Source: the human T2T-CHM13v2.0 reference genome, Homo sapiens. Taken from it: a stretch of 64,000 bases of DNA. Shown in pieces: positions 56,336-64,000 of the stretch. The notes below the pieces were generated by a model that did no database searches, was not told where the DNA came from, and saw nothing but the letters and a program-made list of their open reading frames with translations. The position numbers were made by a program, and so were the translations under genes. Each line of letters starts with the position of its first letter. The first letter of the stretch is position 1. The stretch lies in NCBI RefSeq assembly GCF_009914755.1, contig NC_060933.1; one strand, 5' to 3'.

Positions 56336-56754
56336 TATCTCAGTCTGTTTGCATTGCTATAAAGGAATACCTGAGACTGGGTAATTTGTAAAGACAAGAG
56401 GTTTATTCAGCTCAGGGTTCTGCAGGCTTTACAAGAAGCATGGTACCACCTCACCAGGTATGCTTCTGGTGAGTACTCAGGAAGCTTCCAATCTTGCCAG
56501 AAGGGGAAAGGGAGCTGGAATGTCACAGGGTGAAAGAGGAGGAAAAAGAGAGAAAGGAAATGCCAGTCTCTTTTAAACAACCAGCTGTCATGTGAACAGA
56601 GCAAGAATTCATTCATTGCAGTGGGGACCGGACCAAGCTATTCATGAGGGATCAACTCCCATGATCCAACCACCTCCCACTAGACCCCACGTTCAACATG
56701 GAGGATCAGATTTCAACATGAGATTTGGAGGGGGCAAATATCCAAATTATATCA
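56336..56754 (-). mobile_element. MSTB-type MaLR solo LTR
   Basis: GCTATAAAGGAATACCTGAGACTGGGTAATTT..GAGATTTGGAGGGG..TCCAAATTATATCA; 5-bp TSD GTTAC/GTTCC. Confidence 0.92.
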
Positions 56755-56759
56755 GTTCC

Positions 56760-57250
56760 TTTGGTTTAGAATCACTTGTTTGCTATGTACAGAAACTAAT
56801 TTCAAACTAGCTTGTACAATTTATTGGCTCACGTAGGTGGGAAATCTAATGAAGTTCAAGCACACTTGAACCAAAAGTGTTGATTCAAAAAGAGAATCAA
56901 GATTTTGCTTTTTAAATTTTGTACTATAATATTTGTTTTATTTTTAATTTTATTTTTCTTTCTGCAGGTATGCTCTGACCGCTGTTTTAAGTCATTTTAG
57001 AATTATTACATAGTTTTCCTCTTCCTCAGTCTCCTGACTTTTCTGTGTCTTTTATTTAGGGTAGCCTAATTTTCTTCCATTGAATATAGATTGTTATTTG
57101 CAGGAGCAAATTTGTTCATTATCATCCCCAGATTAAGATCCTTTAGATTAAGCAACATGGTAATTAAACTTCACATTCCCAATATCTTTTAGGGAAGGAT
57201 TAGCACTTTTTTGAGTTATACACCAATTACCATTCCCAAGGGAAGAAAAT
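56760..57250 (-). mobile_element. Degenerate MLT1(K/L)-like LTR remnant, interrupted at 56887-57011
   Basis: ACAGAAACTAATTTCAAACTAGCTT..AATTTATTGGCTCACGTA is typical of MLT1K/L; the distal part is weak. Confidence 0.5.
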
Positions 57251-57397
57251 TCCAGATCATATAGCAAGGCACATTATCACACAACCAGAATGAGAATAAG
57301 AAAATACTAAGAGCAGCCGAATAAGTGCACACAAGTCCACTGATGTGCAAAGAGACACATATACACACATTTTTGAAAATAAGGTTTTCTGTATGTA

Positions 57398-57596
57398 CAG
57401 GTTGAATATCCCTAATCTGAAAGTCCAAAATCTGAAACTGTTTGAGTGCCAACATGGTGGTCACAGGAAATGCTCATTGAAGCATTTTAAATTTTGGATG
57501 TTTGGATTAGGGATGCTGAGGTGATAATATACCCAAATGTGAAACAATCCAAGTTCTAAAACATGCCTGCATTTCAGATAAGAGATACTCAATCTA
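57398..57596. mobile_element. Tigger4a/MER46A-like MITE
   Basis: TA|CAGGTTGAATATCCCTAATCTGAAA start, GATAAGAGATACTCAATCTA|TA end. Confidence 0.88.
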
Positions 57597-57804
57597 TAAT
57601 GTTATACAACTTAATAATTTTTACACACCATACCATTACATCTTTCTATATCACGACCTACCAAGCTACTACATTCTTTTTTCCAAAACTATAGAGTATT
57701 TCATGGTATTTGCTTGCTACAATTTATTGAACCCTTTGCTTGAGGTTGGGCTTTTAGGTTATCTCTACATTCTCACTAATACAAATTAAGCTAAATGGAT
57801 ACTC

Positions 57805-58095
57805 TTTTTCATTCACTGAATATTTATTAAGCCCCTATGCACCTGGCATTACCTTGGGCACTGGAGTATACAATATTGAGCACAAAATTACATGACTGAC
57901 TTTTTAGAGCTTAGAGAATGGAGGAGAGACCCTTATTAATTAAACTATACACATAGGCGTAACATTACGTCTATGTCCATTCCTCTTAGGTAGAGTCATA
58001 TGGTACTATAAAAGCATTTAATAGTAAGATTTACCTAGTAGGGATTCAGGGAAGCTTTTGAGTAATGGATTCTTCAGCTGGGGTCTGAGAGAGCT
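57805..58095 (-). mobile_element. L2 3'-end fragment
   Basis: TTCATTCACTGAATATTTATTAAGCCCCTATGCACCTGGCA..CAGGGAAGCTTT. Confidence 0.7.
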
Positions 58096-58545
58096 GTGTT
58101 AACTTTAGTGTCCAAATACTGAGAATCCAACAGTGCCCTAATTTGAATTATGGAGAGTGCATAAGACAGAACTTTTGGCCTGTTTTTCTCCTAAAGAATA
58201 TTATAGTCCAAGAAACTGATTATTTGAAACAGCACATTATTGTAAATGTTGCTAAAATCATAATATAATTACATTCATGGTCATCAGTGTTTTTTGGCCT
58301 TGCAGTGGAGTTCTTTTAACTTCCTTGCCACAGACTTTGATATTAAAATTAAATAAAATACATTGTTTGATCAATTATGCGCCAAAATAGATTGACAAAT
58401 TCACTGATTCTATCTATTGATCATGAACATGTGATGATCAATTTTGACAAAGTCATCAATATATTTGCACAATTTAAAGTTTTAGAACAAAAACCATGAT
58501 TATTATCCATGACTACAGCAGAATAATACATAGGTATAAATTTTT

Positions 58546-58610
58546 TTTTTAATTTTAATTTTAATTTTTTTCTCCAGAATTTTTCTTTATTTTCCATTGT
58601 AGTTTGGGTG

Positions 58611-58650
<40 letters not shown>

Positions 58651-58670
58651 ATTTAAGTTTTAGGGTACAT
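58546..58670 (-). mobile_element. Extremely 5'-truncated young L1PA (~25 bp) with (AAT)n tail, 3' transduction and second poly(A)
   Basis: Minus strand ATGTACCCTAAAACTTAAATTATAAT = L1PA 3' terminus; flanking direct repeat TACATAGGTATAAATTTTT at 58527-58545 and 58666-58684. Confidence 0.85.
58612..58648. repeat. (TTA)n microsatellite derived from the L1 tail
   Basis: About 12 TTA units, read directly. Confidence 0.95.
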
Positions 58671-58678
58671 AGGTATAA

Positions 58679-59011
<333 letters not shown>

Positions 59012-59619
59012 AAATTTTTATCATTTTCCCCCTCAAGTTCATGTTCTAAAAAGAGGATCAAGTTATTAGTTTTCAAACATTATACTATTATATTTATCTT
59101 ATTTTTAATTTAATTTTTCTTCTGACTAGTATGTTCTGACCACTATCTTCATTTATTTTAGAATTATTACATCATACAATTTTGCTGTAAAAACAAAGAC
59201 AATGTTTAAAACATAATCCACTCTCCATATCAAATGCACTAGCTATACCGCTGCGTTTGGTTCACCTTATCCGTTTTTCTACTTACATTTCCTGGCCATG
59301 GCTAGTTATTAAACCCATTTTCTTTAGAGGTGATTAGAATCAGAATCACAGGCCTTGATGGTGGCCAACAATATAGAGCAGTGTAATACTGTTTCCTCCA
59401 AGAAAAAGATTAAGAGTGCTGTGGTACTAGAGCAATTAACTAAACAATCACCCTACTTACTATATTTATTAAGTTCTAAACCCTGGGCTAGAGAGGAAAT
59501 CCAAAGAAAGGTAAACTCATGCTTTTTATTCTCTAGAACCTTCTAATCTAGTGAGGATCAACTATGGACAATGAGGAAATTGGGCACCATGGAGGACCAT
59601 TTGATGCCTTGTCCAAGGA

Positions 59620-59780
59620 CCTGGGTGCAGGTTGGGGTTCTATCAAATTCTAACTTTATAACCTAGGGGAAATCGCTGACCTTCTCCAAGTTTACTTTCT
59701 CTGACCTACAAAGTGGGGATAATATTATTACCACATAGAGATAGTATACCTGGCACATGATAGGCATCTAGTGACTCTTA
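59620..59780 (+). mobile_element. MIR fragment
   Basis: ACCTAGGGGAAATCGCTGACCTTCTC..AAAGTGGGGATAATA..CCTGGCACATGATAGG. Confidence 0.6.
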
Positions 59781-60049
59781 GATACAAACAAGACATGGCA
59801 AATTAAACATGGAGGAGATAACTAAAAGTTTGATGCAACAGCAAATAATAGGTTAGCAGGTGAGGATTAATTTCCTAATGGATAATACACATGATATTAG
59901 AGTTCAGGGAACATTTGGAACATCCGAATACTGGATTCAGAGTACACAGCTGGCAGGTGGACAGGAATGGGGCCTGGAGTCACTAGGAGAAGCCCCCAGA
60001 CAACAAACTGCCTTGTGTGAATGTCTTAACTACATTCCAGTCCCTAGCT

Positions 60050-60730
<681 letters not shown>

Positions 60731-60849
60731 CATAAATTTTCATTTTGAAAATTTTGAAAAAATAAAGAAGGAATAAAGGGGGAAAATTAAGAAAAAATCA
60801 CCTGTAATCCTAGGGCTTATAACAACTGCTGTTAACATTTTCACGTAGA

Positions 60850-61400
60850 TGCTTCACACATAATTAAGATCACCCTGTATTAACTATACTGTTTTACAAC
60901 CTATTTTTTTCATTAAGCAAGCATGTTACAAGCCCTTTCCCATGTCAGTGAATATTTTTCTAAAACATGATTTATGTATATACCATAATTTTCTTAGCCA
61001 TTTTCTTATATTTTAATAATTATATTTCTATTTTTAATATTTAAATATCACTGTGTGATATTTAAAACCACACAGTGAACTCTTTTGTATGTAAATATAT
61101 TACTTGTTTTAGTATTTGGCCAAGATAACTTTCTATCAGTCATAATGTTTAAGGATTTTTGTGCACGTTTTTTCAATTTCCTTTTAAGATTTGAGTTCAT
61201 TTCCCTCAAATCCTTAACAATATTGAGAATGTTTTTCAGATATGCATTTTGTAGGTGAGCATTCTTTCACTTCTACATTTTTGTTTTTTTAATCCTGAGA
61301 TTGAGCGTTGTTTTATATTATTAGCCATCTCTGCTTCTTTTTTTGGAATGCCTTCTCCTAGTCTTGGCCAGTTTTTTGTTTTTTCCTATTAGAGCATTCC
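60850..61400 (-). mobile_element. Old L1M remnant
   Basis: TGTATATACCATAATTT..CAGTGAACTCTTTTGTATGTAAAT..ATTAGCCATCTCTGCTTCTT. Confidence 0.6.
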
Positions 61401-62271
61401 ACTTCTCTCAGATTTCTCAGTTTTGCAGTATCCCGTTGTCCAAACTCAATATTTCATTCAGACTAAAAGTTAGACTTTACTTGCTTTATGAACTAAGTTC
61501 ATTTCTGTCCACTCACGCTTTTGGCATCTGATCCTGTTTGTGTTTCTGGTTTGAGTTTTTAAACTTTCTTCTGGGTTTTAAAAGTTCATTATAACCAAAC
61601 TTACTACGGACAAAACAGTAATACTTTGTGGTAGAAGATATGAAGATTCACTATAAACTATTCCCAAGTGTAAGGCCATAGGAAAAAAAAAACCTAATTC
61701 TCACTACCATTCCCAACAGTCACCATACATATCCATGCTAAATTATAATTACAATTTTTGACCCCAAAGTTGTGGCATCCTAGTTTTAGTAGATTGAGCT
61801 CTTTCTGGTTTGTGCCGAGCATCTGGCTTGTAGATGAACTTTGTCATTTCTGTATTTTCTAAAAGCCTGTAAAAACAAACATGCTATTTCCCTCATTGCA
61901 GTAATGTCCATTAGAAAACACAAAGCAAACTGTATTTTCAACCAAGCACATGGATTGCCTGCAGTTTCCTCTCATTGGGGTTTGTTCTTCCTCCATCACA
62001 GTTGTGAGAAGGCTGTGTGTGATCAGTATTTTTGTCCTATCTCTATGAAAGATGACTTTCACATTCTCCAGTTTGGGCTGGTCACTGATGAAGTCACTGC
62101 TGGAAATGGCTCAGCCGTGCTGGGCAGCAGAGGGGGCAGATGTCTTTCTGTTTTATTCTTCATTTTTAATGTGCCCCGTGGCAAGCCTTAGTTCCTTCTC
62201 TCTGTTGGTCTTGAACCTTTACCTTTATTCTTCGCTTACTCCCATTGTTTTTTTTTCCTGCTGTCACTTAC

Positions 62272-62592
62272 GGTGGGCTCGGGGAACAATGTTGCAGGAA
62301 CATAGAGCTTTTGAGGGAAATGTAAATCGCCGGCGACACTGAGTCCCGTCTGTTTTCTCATCGGAAAGCAGCATTTCAGAGAGCTGAACTGGCGACACTG
62401 CTTGGCGAAGACACGCCGAGTTCAGGAATATTCCCTGTTCCCAGGCCCTGGTTGTGTCGAAGTGGGACTTTCTGAAGAGGGGGCACTCTGGGAGAGACGG
62501 GAGCAAAGGGGCACTTTCAGAAGCAGATGCTCCTGGCTTCGGAAGGAAAGCTGCTCTAATCGGAGTTCAGCCGTCTAGCAGACAATCCACAG
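62272..62592 (-). ncRNA. Candidate non-coding exon / CpG-retaining regulatory segment
   Basis: Minus-strand acceptor CTCTTTTTTGTTTGTCTCTCTCCAAAG| and donor |GTAAGT; ~16 CpG in ~310 bp; stops in all three frames. Confidence 0.35.
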
Positions 62593-63210
62593 CTTTGGAG
62601 AGAGACAAACAAAAAAGAGTCTCTTAGTCTAGTGCATAAATGTAAGAGGCTTGTCTTAAGTGTGTGTGCAGGACTCTAGCAGGGCTAAAAATGTTATGCA
62701 GAGTTTAAAGTGAGGCATTGTTTAGGTTTTAATGAAGGCAACCAATTTTTAACAACAGAAGTTCTGTTGCTGAATCCCCCTCCCCTTCGCCCTCAACATT
62801 CAGTTCCTCTGCCCCTGCACCTGCTTTCATTTTTGGCTTCTTGGCACTGATGTTCACAGAGACATCAGCTGGCAGTGGCAAACCGCTAAAAGCTCCCCTG
62901 CAATGCAGCTCTGCAAATGCCAGCCATTTATCCACTGGTGCATGCCAGCTTAACGTAAGGTCTCCCTTTCTCCCTCCAGCCCCAGCCCCCTCGGCCCCCC
63001 AGTTTTACTTCCAAATGACAGTAAATGATCCAAAGTGAGCAGTGGTTTGGCCCTTTGAGTATCCATTAAGTGTGGCCACATCTATTTGCTGCATCTATTT
63101 GCTGTGATTATAATATTTTGATCCAAAGAGTGTTGCAGAAAATTTAGATGACAATACTATTTCTTCTGTTCAATAAAGAGCTATTGGCCCACAGGCTCAT
63201 TTCTCTCTCC

Positions 63211-63224
63211 CCAGCAGATGGTGG
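63211..63224 (+). promoter_or_regulatory. CTCF-like motif CCAGCAGATGGTGG
   Basis: 13/14 match to CCASYAGRKGGCRS; motif only, no binding evidence. Confidence 0.25.
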
Positions 63225-64000
63225 GATAGTTTCTTGAGGTCTCTTTGACTTGAAATAGCCTTTTTGTTTTTGTTGCTTATTGAGAGCCAGTTGCCCCAAA
63301 TTTATTGAATAAAGACATCCACTTTTCAGTTTAAGCTAAGCTCCAATAGATAAATACTGACTTGGAATTGGGGACTGATGGACAAGCTGGAAAGGCAAAG
63401 GGGCTGTTGGAAGTTAAGTATTCAGCACAAGGCTTTGCAGTTTCAAAAACGATGCTTTTAAGTTCTCCATTCACCACAACAATTCTGGCTGTATACTGAG
63501 AGAGTGTGAGAAATCTGTGAGAAATTCGACATATATTTATTTTTCTTGGAAATTAGAGAATATCTTCACAGTGTACACTCTGAAGGGCTTTTGTTTTGTT
63601 TTGTTGTGTTTTTAATGATCTAAACCATCTGGGGAGTTGATAAAGGATGTGATTTTTACAAGCTGAGTTAGCAAAGCCTATTGCTAAATCCCAAACCTTT
63701 ATCCAGCCTACAGATAAAACCAGGGTGGGAGAGCTTCCCTTCCAGCTCTGAAACACTATGATCCCACGTATGCCAAATGTTTTAGTATCTGGGTGGTAAG
63801 AAAAATAGAGAACTGACTAAGGGAGCCTGGCCCAAGGATCCAGAAATGGACATTACTTTTTCTTCTTCTTTTTTTTTTTAAGATTGGTGGAGATCACAAA
63901 TTTCCAGAAAATGTGTCTGAAAAATAAGCCAGCATCATATTTTATCTGGGGCCTTTATGGTCTTTTTTTATCCAGGGACAGGAATTAGCACTTGCCAGTA

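Noticed and set aside
63079-63104. 13-bp tandem duplication CATCTATTTGCTG x2
   Set aside because: Ordinary slippage-type micro-duplication.

Overview
Primate (human-like) non-coding genomic DNA, AT-rich and dominated by transposable-element fossils. These include 10 Alus plus one Alu monomer, L1s of several ages, L2, MIR, LTRs (THE1C, MSTB, MLT1, LTR33, LTR1-like) and DNA-transposon fossils (MER5, MER44A, Tigger4a/MER46, a hAT-Tip100/Arthur1-like element with a transposase C-terminal remnant). I find no protein-coding gene, RNA gene or CRISPR array, and I cannot name the host locus. The recognisable ORFs in the track derive from Alu, L1 or tandem repeats; the rest match nothing I recognise. 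I do not see a new multi-gene biological system. The best non-routine signals are mutational-mechanism footprints read directly from the sequence. (1) A ~25-bp L1PA micro-insertion carrying a ~40-nt 3' transduction inside perfect TSDs (58527-58684). (2) A 65-bp inverted, locally templated insertion with fold-back junk at the tail of a nearly tail-less Alu (60309-60393, template 61985-62049). (3) A 125-bp local direct duplication (56887-57011 / 59048-59172) that created an AG|GT splice motif. (4) A 54-bp minisatellite born inside an L1MC fossil, apparently by fold-back, which arrays strong 3' splice-site-like motifs (20782-21042). (5) A CpG-rich unique segment bounded by minus-strand splice sites (62272-62592). 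Repeat subfamily names come from recalled consensus features, not a RepeatMasker run, and boundaries of old elements are approximate.
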